NCBI GenBank assembly: GCA_018882885.1
Contig: VERG01000001.1
Coordinates: forward strand, 17,872-81,871
Direction of reading: 5' to 3'
Source: Candidatus Nanopelagicaceae bacterium
Lineage (GTDB): Bacteria > Actinomycetota > Actinomycetes > Nanopelagicales > Nanopelagicaceae
DNA length: 64,000 nucleotides
The notes under the pieces: model-generated
The model's database searches: none
Told to the model about the DNA's origin: nothing
The model's input: only the letters and a program-made list of their open reading frames with translations
Position numbers and translations under genes: made by a program
Shown: in pieces, positions 11,383 to 21,394 of the stretch
How the letters are laid out: each line of letters begins with the position of its first letter
Numbering within the stretch: the first letter of the stretch is position 1

Positions 11383-12316
11383 TCAGCTCTTGCAATCTAT
11401 TGATGACACGCTCTCTCGCCTCTTTGGGTCGATTCAAAACCACCGAATCAAAATGCCATAACGCCTTCTCAACAGCCAGATCGACAGAATCCTCTTCTGT
11501 GAGTATCAAATCCCACTCTTCATCGAAACTCTTCTCCATTTTCATATGACTTCTTAATAACTGAGCTCTACCTTTACGAACTAGCCATTCAATCTCAACC
11601 AACTCTCGATTAAGCATTACTAGATAATCTGAAACCGAGAAATCATCGGGAATCTCATACATCTCCCGCTTTTTGCTGATAAATATTTGTGAACAAATTC
11701 GGGAGAGCTTGAAGGCGCGGATATCTTTGCGGCCTAAATCCTCCCCAACCAAGTACCAGGAACCTCGCCAGGTACTTAATCCCATCGGATGCACCGTTCT
11801 AAGTTCGGAGGATTGGCTATCCGGTTTTTGGTATTGGAATTCAATAGCACTTCGCAGAGCCAATGCCTTGGCTATCTCAGTCAAACTCTCTTCAACCAAT
11901 TCAACTGGTAAAACAAAAGGGGTTAACTCTGTTTCATCAAGGTTTGCTTTAGAGAGTAGCCGACGCGATGTTCCAGCTGCTAGCTTTTCGAACCCACTGG
12001 ACTCCCAAAGTGCAAGTGCGGTTGCCAAGATATTTTTCTCAGTGTCAGAAAGATTTTTAAGTGGAAATCGATAACTTTCAGGTTTTATGCGATATCCCGC
12101 TTCATCTTCAAACAATGGATCCTGGCTGGCAACTTCGATCTCTATTCCTAGATTGCGCAAATCATCCTTGTCCCGCTCAAACATTCTCTCTTTAGTCTCA
12201 GCGCTACCGCTATAACCGGCGACCTTGTCAAAGATTTCACTTTTTTTCATGTAACGACGAGAGGCCAGAAGCGCCATAGTTAAATTGACTAACCGCTCCG
12301 TTTTCGCTTGACTCAC
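11366..12316 (-). CDS. pafB: HTH/WYL-domain transcriptional regulator PafB
   Basis: N-terminus ERLVNLTMALLASRRYMKKSEI...RMFERDKDDLRNLGIEIE plus a WYL-type region (WRGSWYLVGEDL). GTG start. Confidence 0.8.
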   Translation of the reverse strand: MSQAKTERLVNLTMALLASRRYMKKSEIFDKVAGYSGSAETKERMFERDKDDLRNLGIEIEVASQDPLFEDEAGYRIKPESYRFPLKNLSDTEKNILATALALWESSGFEKLAAGTSRRLLSKANLDETELTPFVLPVELVEESLTEIAKALALRSAIEFQYQKPDSQSSELRTVHPMGLSTWRGSWYLVGEDLGRKDIRAFKLSRICSQIFISKKREMYEIPDDFSVSDYLVMLNRELVEIEWLVRKGRAQLLRSHMKMEKSFDEEWDLILTEEDSVDLAVEKALWHFDSVVLNRPKEARERVINRLQELSEQHE

Positions 12317-12394
12317 AAGCTACAGATTAGTGCTCTTGAGTTGGGATGTCTCAGCTTGCCTGCGTCCTAGGTGTTTGCTTGATAAGGTTGCGAG

Positions 12395-12910
12395 ATGAAA
12401 ATTAGCCGCTCCTCTGCAGCCCTGGCAGCATTTTTGGTATCGATAGCTCTCGCAATTACCGGTTGCACAACCGATGGTGGTTCTCCCGCTGACGCACCGA
12501 TGGGACAGAGTTCAAACATTGGAGGAAATATGCCGAAAGTTTCAGGCGCAGCAGGTAGCGCGCCAGAAATTACCGCCCCACAAGGAAACCCGCCTACAGA
12601 ATTAGTTACTGAAGATATCTTTTCCGGCGATGGCGCAACCGCACAACCCAACTCAACACTTACAGTCCACTACACATTGATGGCCTGGTCGACCGGTGAG
12701 GTTGTCGAAAGTTCCTGGGTAGGCGAAGCGGCCACCTTTGGTTTGAATCAGGTTATTTCCGGATGGCAACAAGGAATCCCCGGAATGAAAGTCGGCGGTC
12801 GAAGACTGTTGGTTATTCCACCAGATCTTGGATATGGAGCTGCAGGTGGCGGACCAATCGGGCCGAATGAAACATTGATCTTTGTTGTGGACCTTTTAGC
12901 CGTCAGTTAA
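12395..12910 (+). CDS. FKBP-type peptidyl-prolyl cis-trans isomerase, predicted lipoprotein
   Basis: Signal peptide with lipobox LAITGC. FKBP core VHYTLMAWSTGEVVESSW...VISGWQQGIPGMKVGGRRLLVIPPDLGYG. Confidence 0.9.
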   Translation: MKISRSSAALAAFLVSIALAITGCTTDGGSPADAPMGQSSNIGGNMPKVSGAAGSAPEITAPQGNPPTELVTEDIFSGDGATAQPNSTLTVHYTLMAWSTGEVVESSWVGEAATFGLNQVISGWQQGIPGMKVGGRRLLVIPPDLGYGAAGGGPIGPNETLIFVVDLLAVS

Positions 12911-12913
12911 TTT

Positions 12914-13789
12914 CTAAGAATTTAATCCTTCTTGGGGAATAGCTTCCTGCTCGACGTAACCTTTCGAGGGGCGACGTTTGCGGCGGATTGGTGGCGTTCC
13001 CTCTGAGAGTTTTCTGGTGAAAAGCAGAAAACCAGTGTGCGCATTCATGCTGTGCATTGGTCTAACCGCTAAACCTTCATGATGCCAGCCACGTAGAAGG
13101 GTTTCAAAACTCTCTGGTTCGGAGAACCGTAAAGAACTTTTAATGGCTTCCGCGACTTTAGAAAGTTGTGTGGTTGTTGCAACATAACAGCAGAGAACTC
13201 CACCGGGTTTAAGAGCTTGATAGGCAACATCTAATGCCTCCCAAGGAGCCAACATGTCGAAAATAACTCGGTCAAAATCCCCTTTGAAGACACCCTCTTG
13301 AACTCGAGAATTAACCAATCGCCAATTGGTAGGAGGTTGACCAAAATAATTTCTAACATTACTGCGGGCATTTTCAAAGAACTCTGCTCGCTCTTCGTAA
13401 GAGACCAATTCCCCACTGCCGATTGCTCTAAGAATTGAGATAGATAATGCGCCACTTCCCGCTCCCGCCTCTAGGACGCGCGCTCCTGGGAATAGATCAG
13501 CAAATCCCATAATTATCGCCGAATCCTTTGGATAGATGATTGTTGCTCCCCTCGGCATGGAAAGAACATAATCATTGAGAAGAGGCCGCATAACTTGATA
13601 TTTCGTTCCACTACTACTTTCTACAGTGCTACCTTCATCAACCCCGATTAATTCACTATGGTTTATCCAACCCTTGTGAGAGTGCCATTGACCTCCTTCC
13701 TGCAGATAAAAGGAGTACATCTTTCCCTTGTCATCGGTTAACTGAACCCGATCTCCGGCGGTGAGTTTTCCACTTCCTAAACTTCTCAT
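12914..13789 (-). CDS. trmI: tRNA (adenine(58)-N1)-methyltransferase TrmI
   Basis: GCD14/TrmI architecture with SAM motif VLEAGAGSGALS and an N-terminal beta domain (GDRVQLTDDKGKMY). It corresponds to mycobacterial Rv2118c by synteny (from memory). Confidence 0.88.
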   Translation of the reverse strand: MRSLGSGKLTAGDRVQLTDDKGKMYSFYLQEGGQWHSHKGWINHSELIGVDEGSTVESSSGTKYQVMRPLLNDYVLSMPRGATIIYPKDSAIIMGFADLFPGARVLEAGAGSGALSISILRAIGSGELVSYEERAEFFENARSNVRNYFGQPPTNWRLVNSRVQEGVFKGDFDRVIFDMLAPWEALDVAYQALKPGGVLCCYVATTTQLSKVAEAIKSSLRFSEPESFETLLRGWHHEGLAVRPMHSMNAHTGFLLFTRKLSEGTPPIRRKRRPSKGYVEQEAIPQEGLNS

Positions 13790-14523
13790 CTTAAATCTCC
13801 TATTAGAGAGCTGAATCTCTCTACTATCGATGCAACGTTGGCGCCAACAAGTGAGTCAATATGGACAACTTTAGGAGCCATTGGCAGTTCAGCAACATGT
13901 GGAATACCAATTACATAAGCACCAGAGTGAATTGCGGCGGTGATTCCAGTAATAGAATCCTCAAGAATTAAGCAATTTTCAATATTAACTCCAAGTTTAG
14001 TTGCCGCTTTCAAATATCCTTCGGGATTAGGCTTGGAGTTCGCAACATCATTATCAGCAATTGTGACCTCGAAGTACCCCCGGCCAATACTATTTATCGC
14101 GGCATCAACCAATTGTCGACTAGAGGCACTTACCAAACCTTGCTTGACGCCGAGAGCCTTGAACTCGTTAAGAAGATTCTCTGCCCCAGGGGCAAAATCC
14201 ACTCCTTGATTCATTTGCTCGGCCATCCGCAAAAGAAGTTGCTCTGTCAATGCCATCGGTGGGAAAAGTTGCTGAGTAGATAGGTCAAGTTTGGAGCGCA
14301 TGTAAGCATCAACCCTGGTCATAGGTCCTCCAACGCAATGGATAGCATCCTCATCACTCCAAGTAACTCCGAGTGATGCCATTAATTCATACTCTTGCTG
14401 GATCCAAATCGGCTCGCTATCGATCAAAGTGCCGTCCATATCCCAGAGCACCGCTGCAAATGGAAAATTCATCTTCCTAATCTCAGTTGGCATTGAAATA
14501 CTTCGCTTCTGGATGATGAACAA
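13786..14523 (-). CDS. HAD-IA family hydrolase/phosphatase
   Basis: Motif I DMDGTLIDSE and motif IV ILEDSITGITAA. The longest ORF overlaps the metH stop by 41 nt. The real start is probably an internal Met at 14493 or 14472 (MNFPFAAVLWDMDG). Confidence 0.85.
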   Translation of the reverse strand: MFIIQKRSISMPTEIRKMNFPFAAVLWDMDGTLIDSEPIWIQQEYELMASLGVTWSDEDAIHCVGGPMTRVDAYMRSKLDLSTQQLFPPMALTEQLLLRMAEQMNQGVDFAPGAENLLNEFKALGVKQGLVSASSRQLVDAAINSIGRGYFEVTIADNDVANSKPNPEGYLKAATKLGVNIENCLILEDSITGITAAIHSGAYVIGIPHVAELPMAPKVVHIDSLVGANVASIVERFSSLIGDLR

Positions 14524-17500
14524 TGATGGCAGAGGTAGATTGTTCGGGATGAAGTTGGAACTCTTCGGATAGCTCCACTCCTATTCGATCTGGTTGTAAT
14601 AACTCACAAAGCTGCTTCTGCTGTTCAAGATCAGGACAGGCCGGGTAGCCAAAGCTGTATCGCGAACCTCGATAACCTTGATCCAATATCCCTTGCAAAT
14701 CCCCGCTGTCATCCAAATGAAGAGCCAGTTCAGCGCGAATCCGTGCATGCCAATGTTCAGCAAGTGCTTCAGTTAATTGAACTCCAAGACCATGAAGTTC
14801 CAGATACTCACGATAGTTGTTGGCGGCAAAAAGCTTGGCGGTAGCCTCACTGATCGCCTGCCCCATGGTGACGATATGGAAGGCAACAACATCCAACTCG
14901 CCAGACTCCTTATCTTTGAAAAAATCACTTATACATAATCTTCTATCTCGGCGTTGGCGAGGAAAGCTAAATCTAACTCGCTCCTGACCTTGCAATTCTC
15001 CGTCATGATGAACAATTACTAGGTCATTGCCATCGCTGTAACATGGAAAGTATCCATAAACCACGGCGGCATTTAGCCAGCCATTAGCGAGCGATTCATT
15101 CAGCAGAGAACGTAGCCTTGGCCTTCCCTGCTCTTCGACTATTTGCTGGAAAGAATCCTGCCGTCCTTTAAGCCCCCATTGTCCAACGTAAAGAGCTCTT
15201 TCATCCAACATGGAGCTGTAATCATTTAGAGAGATTCCTTTAACAACCCTGGCGCCAAAGAATGGGGGCTTTGGAACTGGAATATCTCTTGAAACCTCGC
15301 TTCTGGTTGTTTCAGCGGTCGTAACGCTGTCATCATTGATTAATCGGGTTCTGCGTTCCTTAAGAGCTGGAAGTTGAGCGGTTAAATCGCCTCGTTTTCT
15401 AGCCATCAAAGTGTCCATCAAAGATAAACCTTCAAACGCATCTTTGGCGTACCTAACGGTGCCGGGAAATATCTTCGCCAAGTCACTTTCCACATAACTT
15501 CTGGTCAAGGCTGCGCCACCAAGCAAAATTGGCCATCTCTGAGCTAATCCCCGGCTATCTATCTCCTGCAAGTTTTCTTTCATGATTACCGTTGATTTAA
15601 CCAATAATCCACTCATTCCAATAACGTCAACATTGCTCTCTTGCGCCGCATCGATAATTTGGTTGATGGTCTGCTTAATACCAATATTGACCACGCGATA
15701 ACCATTGTTGGTGAGAATAATATCCACCAGGTTCTTACCGATGTCATGTACATCGCCTTTAACAGTAGCCAACAAAATAGACCCTCTGTCTTGTGAATCG
15801 CTTTTAGACATATGGGGTTCTAATAAAGCTACTGCAGCCTTCATAACCTCTGCGGATTGCAAAACAAATGGGAGCTGCATCTCTCCTCGACCAAAGAGTT
15901 CTCCAACCGTCTTCATCCCATCAAGTAGTAACTCATTAATTATGTTTAAGGGTTCCAGCCCAATTTCTCGCGCTTCATCGAGATCGGCCTCGAGGCCTTG
16001 TTTTTCCCCATCAATAATCCGTCTTTTCAATCTTTCTGGAATTGGTAAAGCTGCTAATTCCGCGGCTCTAGAGATCTTTGAATGAGAAACTTCCACCCCT
16101 GCAAATATCTCTAGAAAGCGAGATAGCGGGTCGTAGATACATGCTTCCCCTTCAAACTTCCTTCGATCATAAATTAGATCGAGTGCGACCTCTAGCTGCT
16201 CAGCTGGAATTTTTGCAATTGGTGTGATTTTTGACGGGTGAACAATGGCGCTGTCTAAACCATTTTTAACAGCTTCAGAGAGAAATACTGAGTTTAGAAC
16301 AATTCTAGCTGCCGGATTTAATCCAAATGAAACGTTACTAATACCAAGAGTGGTTTGAATCTGTGGGAACTCACTTTTCAACTGTTTTATAGCCTCTAGT
16401 GTTTCAATCGCATCGCGACGAGTCTCCTCCTGGCCTGTAGCGATTGGAAATGTTAAGCAATCGATGATGATATCCGAGAGCGGAACCTGCCAATTTTCAT
16501 GCAAATCCTTTATAAGTCTTTTACCGACTCTAATCTTCCACTCAGTACTCCGTGCCTGCCCTTCTTCATCGATGGTTAACGCAACAAGTGCCGCACCATG
16601 CTCTTTGGCAAGCGGCATAATCTTTGAAAATCTGGAATCCGGACCATCTCCATCTTCGTAGTTAACTGAATTAATTACACATTTGCCACCCAAGCTTTCC
16701 AACCCAGCTTTTAGTACCGCCGGCTCTGTTGAATCTAAAACAATCGGCAATGTGATTGCGGTTGAAAATCTGCCCGCAAGCTCCTTCATATCTTTAACAC
16801 CATCTCTGCCAACGTAATCTACTGAGAGATCTAGCATGTGGGCGCCTTCACGAATCTGATCCTTGGCAATGTCCACGCACCTCTGCCAATCCTCATTTAC
16901 TAATGCATCGCGAAAAGCTTTACTTCCATTCGCATTACTTCTCTCACCAATGGCAAGGTAGGTTTGATCCTGCTTAAATGGCACGAATTGATACAACGAT
17001 GAGGCGCCAGGCTCCTTTGTTGGCTCTTTGATGCCAACCTTTTGACTTCCGAGCAACTTCACAACCGCTTTCAAATGTTCAGGGGTTGTGCCACAACACC
17101 CACCAACCAGATTAACTCTGTAATCAGAAACAAACTGAGCTAAGGACTTTGCTAGCTCATCTGGCGAAAGCGGGTAGTAAGCACCGCCATCTTTTAAGAC
17201 CGGTAAACCTGCATTCGGCATACAGGAAATCCCAATTTCAGAGCTCTGACTCAAACTTCTTAAATGCTCACTCATCTCACTTGGACCGGTCGCACAGTTC
17301 ATTCCGATGAGATCAACTCCGAGAGCCTCTAAAGAGTTGAGCGCCGCACCGATTTCCGAACCAAGTAACATCGTGCCGGTTGTTTCCACTGTTACTTGCG
17401 CGATTAATACAACATCTCGGTCAGCATTTGAAATTGACTCCCGCGCACCATTTACCGCAGCTTTGGCCTGTAACAAATCCTGTGTTGTTTCAACAAGTAA

Positions 17501-18037
17501 GGCATCACATCCACCATCAATCAATCCTTTCGCGGACAACGCGTAAGCCCGCTTTAGTTCCTCATATGTTGCATGTCCCAAAGTTGGCAATTTAGTGCCA
17601 GGTCCCATCGAACCCAGAATCCACTTAGGTAAACCAGTTACTCTGCTGAACTCATCAGCTACCTCGCGAGCTATTTTCGCTCCGGCGATCGAAAGTTCAT
17701 AAATTCTTTCTGGAATTCCATATTCGCCCAAATTCGCCAAGTTGGCGCCGAAGGTATTTGTTTCCACCGCATCAACGCCTGATTCAAAGTATTTGCGATG
17801 TATTTGAGACACCAGCTCTGGTCTTGTTACATTTAAGATCTCATTACAACCCTCGTAACCCTGAAAATCTTCAAGGCTTGGTTGAGCATTTTGCAGCATT
17901 GTTCCCATAGCCCCATCAGCGATAACTACCCGCTCAGATAGAGCAACTCGCAGGCTGTTTGGAGCGTGCAGATTTGATTTCATAAATTTCGACGCGCTCA
18001 CTAGCGGGAGTTTATCGTAGGCTGAGGTTATGTTCAT
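14483..18037 (-). CDS. metH: Cobalamin-dependent methionine synthase
   Basis: About 1180 aa with all modules. These are the Hcy-binding domain (GGCCGTTPEH), the pterin-binding domain, the B12-binding domain DxHxxG (GDVHDIGKN) and the AdoMet reactivation domain. The start is more likely ATG 17983 (MKSNLH...), which removes the overlap with the divergent PAC2 gene. Confidence 0.97.
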   Translation of the reverse strand: MNITSAYDKLPLVSASKFMKSNLHAPNSLRVALSERVVIADGAMGTMLQNAQPSLEDFQGYEGCNEILNVTRPELVSQIHRKYFESGVDAVETNTFGANLANLGEYGIPERIYELSIAGAKIAREVADEFSRVTGLPKWILGSMGPGTKLPTLGHATYEELKRAYALSAKGLIDGGCDALLVETTQDLLQAKAAVNGARESISNADRDVVLIAQVTVETTGTMLLGSEIGAALNSLEALGVDLIGMNCATGPSEMSEHLRSLSQSSEIGISCMPNAGLPVLKDGGAYYPLSPDELAKSLAQFVSDYRVNLVGGCCGTTPEHLKAVVKLLGSQKVGIKEPTKEPGASSLYQFVPFKQDQTYLAIGERSNANGSKAFRDALVNEDWQRCVDIAKDQIREGAHMLDLSVDYVGRDGVKDMKELAGRFSTAITLPIVLDSTEPAVLKAGLESLGGKCVINSVNYEDGDGPDSRFSKIMPLAKEHGAALVALTIDEEGQARSTEWKIRVGKRLIKDLHENWQVPLSDIIIDCLTFPIATGQEETRRDAIETLEAIKQLKSEFPQIQTTLGISNVSFGLNPAARIVLNSVFLSEAVKNGLDSAIVHPSKITPIAKIPAEQLEVALDLIYDRRKFEGEACIYDPLSRFLEIFAGVEVSHSKISRAAELAALPIPERLKRRIIDGEKQGLEADLDEAREIGLEPLNIINELLLDGMKTVGELFGRGEMQLPFVLQSAEVMKAAVALLEPHMSKSDSQDRGSILLATVKGDVHDIGKNLVDIILTNNGYRVVNIGIKQTINQIIDAAQESNVDVIGMSGLLVKSTVIMKENLQEIDSRGLAQRWPILLGGAALTRSYVESDLAKIFPGTVRYAKDAFEGLSLMDTLMARKRGDLTAQLPALKERRTRLINDDSVTTAETTRSEVSRDIPVPKPPFFGARVVKGISLNDYSSMLDERALYVGQWGLKGRQDSFQQIVEEQGRPRLRSLLNESLANGWLNAAVVYGYFPCYSDGNDLVIVHHDGELQGQERVRFSFPRQRRDRRLCISDFFKDKESGELDVVAFHIVTMGQAISEATAKLFAANNYREYLELHGLGVQLTEALAEHWHARIRAELALHLDDSGDLQGILDQGYRGSRYSFGYPACPDLEQQKQLCELLQPDRIGVELSEEFQLHPEQSTSAIIVHHPEAKYFNAN

Positions 18038-18875
18038 TACCGAGAGCGTTCAGCCGCTTCGCAGCCCGATAATGATCGCATCCTTTGAAGGATGGAATGA
18101 TGCGGGTGAATCAGCATCAGGAGCCATCTCCCATCTGTTAACCGCTTGGGATCACCAACAGATAGGTCGATTAGACCCCGAGGATTATTACGACTTCCAA
18201 GTTAATCGTCCCTACATAAAGATTGATGAAATGGTGGTCAGGGAAATCATTTGGCCCAACACCATTTTCTATGCCGTGAGTACACCTCATTTAAAAAACG
18301 ATTTCTTGATTGTTAAAGGCATAGAACCCTCGATGCGTTGGCCCACATTCGCGAATCAGATTTTGGAGTTTGCCGATGATTATGAGGTTAACACGGTAAT
18401 AACTTTAGGCGCGCTTTTGGCGGACACACCACATAGCCGTCCAATAACCGTTACCGCAAGCGGTGCTCATCCAGATATCGCTAAAAGGCTCGGAGTTGAG
18501 GTTTCAAGGTATGAAGGCCCAACCGGAATAATTGGTGTATTGCAGGAAGCGGCTTATCGAAGAGGGCTGGATGCACTCTCCTTCTGGGCGGCGGTTCCGC
18601 ATTATGTTTCTACCCCACCTTGTCCTAAAGCTTCTTTGGCGTTAATCAATTCACTAGAAGATTTCCTCGAGATATCCATCCCGCAGGGAGATTTACCAGA
18701 TCGCTCTGAAGCTTGGGAGAAACAGGTTGACCAAATGGCATCTGAGGATGCTGAAATCGGCGATTATGTAAAACAACTAGAGAGCAATAAAGATGCGCTA
18801 GATATCCCAGGAGTTACTGGAGACAGTATCGCTCGGGAAGTGGAGCGCTTTCTACGGAGAAATCCAGAGCTCTAG
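18030..18875 (+). CDS. PAC2 (proteasome assembly chaperone 2-like) family protein
   Basis: N-terminal IASFEGWNDAGESASGA signature of bacterial PAC2 proteins. It is divergent from metH, like mycobacterial Rv2125/Rv2124c (from memory). Confidence 0.8.
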   Translation: MFITESVQPLRSPIMIASFEGWNDAGESASGAISHLLTAWDHQQIGRLDPEDYYDFQVNRPYIKIDEMVVREIIWPNTIFYAVSTPHLKNDFLIVKGIEPSMRWPTFANQILEFADDYEVNTVITLGALLADTPHSRPITVTASGAHPDIAKRLGVEVSRYEGPTGIIGVLQEAAYRRGLDALSFWAAVPHYVSTPPCPKASLALINSLEDFLEISIPQGDLPDRSEAWEKQVDQMASEDAEIGDYVKQLESNKDALDIPGVTGDSIAREVERFLRRNPEL

Positions 18876-20104
18876 AGAACTATCCCCAGATATGTATCAA
18901 GGGCTCTAGACAACTCCCCGGTACTGCCTCCAGCAACACCGGATTCAGTCCGCTCGCACCATTGCCCCAGCAATTTTAAAACCTTAGGTGTATCAAGATT
19001 GTTAGATAGCGCTTCGACAATATCCTGTATCACTGAAAGAGTTGGTGCTACTTCATTTCTAGCTAAGTTGAACTCCAAGCGGTTTATTATCTGATTCGCA
19101 GTTGTTAATAATTCCTCGTCCCACATCCGATCAGATTGATAATGTTCAAGCATCAATGCGACTCTGATTGCAGAAGCTCGCACTCCAGATGCCAACAATT
19201 TAGAAACAAAAACTAAATTACCTTTGCTTTTGCTCATCTTCTCGCCATCAAGTCCGATCATCCCTGCGTGTACATAAGCTGTGGCAAAATCGACTTTAGT
19301 CAAAGCTTTAGCTTGCAGTGCGGTCATATAGTGATGGGGGAAAATTAAATCCGATCCGCCGCCTTGAAGTGTGATGGAGGTGTGCTCACCTCTAGGCAAG
19401 GAGCGCAAAGCAATTGCCGTACATTCAATGTGCCAACCAGGACGACCGGCTCCAGCTGAGGATTCCCATTGTGGTTCGTTTTCACGATGAGCCCGCCATA
19501 GAAGGGGATCTAAAGGATGACGTTTGCCGCTACGTTCCGGATCTCCGCCGCGCTCTTTAAACAATGCGATGGCATCAGCCAAAGGCATAGGTAAATTACC
19601 TGGGAACTCCTCAACTTTACTTAAGTCAAGATAAAGATCTCTATCAACAAAATAGGACAGAGAGTTGCTTTGGCAGGTTTGAATAAACTCATCAATTAAA
19701 TCCATACTTTCAATAACGCCGCGGTAATACTTGGGAGGGATAACATGTAAAGCTGTCATATCCCCTACAAACAAATCAATCTGACTAGTTGCTAACGTTT
19801 GCCAATCCACCTTGTCTCTATTGGCCCTCTCCAAAAGAGGATCATCGATATCGGTGATATTTTCAGCAAAGAGGAGCTCCTGCCCCCGAGCCAAGAGATA
19901 TCTATGAATAAGGTCAAATGTTAAATAAGTGGCGGCATGTCCTAGATGAGTGGCGTCATATGGAGTAATTCCGCAGACATAACTAGTAACAACTCTCTGA
20001 TTCACGGGGACCAAACTCCCCTTATAGGAATCTAGGAGCTTGAGCTCTGGTGCTTTGATATTAGCCGGAGCTGGCGGCAGATAAACCTCTGGCCAAGATC
20101 TCAT
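18872..20104 (-). CDS. mshC: Cysteine--1-D-myo-inosityl 2-amino-2-deoxy-alpha-D-glucopyranoside ligase (mycothiol ligase)
   Basis: CysRS-like class I fold with HIGH-type motif (DATHLGHAATY) and KMSKS (GEKMSKSKGN). About 410 aa with no anticodon-binding extension, typical of MshC. Confidence 0.9.
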   Translation of the reverse strand: MRSWPEVYLPPAPANIKAPELKLLDSYKGSLVPVNQRVVTSYVCGITPYDATHLGHAATYLTFDLIHRYLLARGQELLFAENITDIDDPLLERANRDKVDWQTLATSQIDLFVGDMTALHVIPPKYYRGVIESMDLIDEFIQTCQSNSLSYFVDRDLYLDLSKVEEFPGNLPMPLADAIALFKERGGDPERSGKRHPLDPLLWRAHRENEPQWESSAGAGRPGWHIECTAIALRSLPRGEHTSITLQGGGSDLIFPHHYMTALQAKALTKVDFATAYVHAGMIGLDGEKMSKSKGNLVFVSKLLASGVRASAIRVALMLEHYQSDRMWDEELLTTANQIINRLEFNLARNEVAPTLSVIQDIVEALSNNLDTPKVLKLLGQWCERTESGVAGGSTGELSRALDTYLGIVL

Positions 20105-20128
20105 GACCTAAGCCTACAAAGTATTTAA

Positions 20129-20836
20129 TTAAACAGGCGGCCAAGGGATAGCCGGCCAGTCCTCCGAGGGATATGGGAAACCCTCTTTTTTCAATCGATC
20201 AATGCGCTGAATTAAGGCAGAAATCTCAAGAGAGGATAAGCGATTTCTAAAAGAAGAGGAGGAATCCAAATCTAACCAATCGCAAATATTATCGAGTTGA
20301 GCCAACTCGATTGAGTTCAATCTTTCGCCGGCGAACTGCCAGAGAACTGTCCGCAACTTATCCTCTTCATGAAATGTGACCCCGTGGTCACAGCCATACA
20401 ACTTTCCCTGCTCATCAAAAAGTATGTGACCGAATTTCCTATCGGTATTATTAATAACGGCGTCAAAAAGCGCCATGCTCCTAATATCTTCCCGATGCTC
20501 CTGAGCACGTGAAATCACATCACACTCCTCGGGAATATCTATCCATTCTTGAACCGCGCCTGGGCCAAAAGGACCATCTCTAAATACTGTAATCGGAACT
20601 AAATCAAATCCAACAGCTGAACTCAATTCATAGGCGCACACCTCACGACCAGCCAATGACCCGCTTGGAAAATCCCATAGAGGTTTCTCGCCAGCAACTG
20701 GTTTATAAACTACTGAAACTGCAATGGATGGCGATACAACAACTTTGCCGAAGAGAGTTGCGTTAGAGGCATCTATTAATCGTCCTTCAACAATCAACTC
20801 GCCATTGTTAATATCCTGAACGGTAATCTGCGACAT
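20129..20836 (-). CDS. SCO1664-family protein (PI3/PI4-kinase-like fold, function unknown)
   Basis: Kinase-like catalytic-loop and DFG-like segments INNTDRKFGHILF and YGCDHGVTF. It sits next to DUF3090 and a histidine phosphatase, forming the conserved actinobacterial trio. Confidence 0.7.
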   Translation of the reverse strand: MSQITVQDINNGELIVEGRLIDASNATLFGKVVVSPSIAVSVVYKPVAGEKPLWDFPSGSLAGREVCAYELSSAVGFDLVPITVFRDGPFGPGAVQEWIDIPEECDVISRAQEHREDIRSMALFDAVINNTDRKFGHILFDEQGKLYGCDHGVTFHEEDKLRTVLWQFAGERLNSIELAQLDNICDWLDLDSSSSFRNRLSSLEISALIQRIDRLKKEGFPYPSEDWPAIPWPPV

Positions 20837-20854
20837 GTTGGTAATTTCCTAGAA

Positions 20855-21394
20855 CTAATTTGCCCGCGGACAGAAATGACCTTCAAGATTTATAGGCCCA
20901 CCACAAAACATACATGGCTGCCGTCCCGCTTTAATTACTGAATTAGCTCTTTCAATAAAGCTTCGAACCTGTTTAGGTGTTAGCGTGATTCGCAGTATTG
21001 GGGGTGCATCTTCAACATCGTCGCCAACAATCTCTTCAAAAACTCGATCACTTCGCAGATTTGTCACACCTTGCGCTTCAAAGACTATTGATTGCGAATC
21101 GTATTTCCAGCTGATAGCCATAACACCTAGCTCAAACTCCGATTCAATCGGTGTATCTAGAGGCGATATATCCCGATCCAACTGCACCTTATTTAACTTT
21201 GACTCCTTTAAGATCTCATGAAATCTCTCCGTTAATGCCTGAGCCTGTCCCTTTTCTAACGCGAAGGAGAAAACCTGACCGACTTTTCTAGCCTGTATGA
21301 AGAACTGTCGCTCCCCCGGTTGACCAACTGTGCCCAAAGTGAATCGATCTACCATCTCCAAATTGAAAATTTGCCTACTCACCTGACCCTCCAC
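20855..21394 (-). CDS. DUF3090 family protein (function unknown)
   Basis: N-terminus FNLEMVDRFTLGTVGQPGERQFFIQA and C-terminal zinc-ribbon-like CMFCGGPINLEGHFCPRAN. The longest ORF overlaps the upstream phosphatase gene by 20 nt. Confidence 0.7.
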   Translation of the reverse strand: MEGQVSRQIFNLEMVDRFTLGTVGQPGERQFFIQARKVGQVFSFALEKGQAQALTERFHEILKESKLNKVQLDRDISPLDTPIESEFELGVMAISWKYDSQSIVFEAQGVTNLRSDRVFEEIVGDDVEDAPPILRITLTPKQVRSFIERANSVIKAGRQPCMFCGGPINLEGHFCPRAN

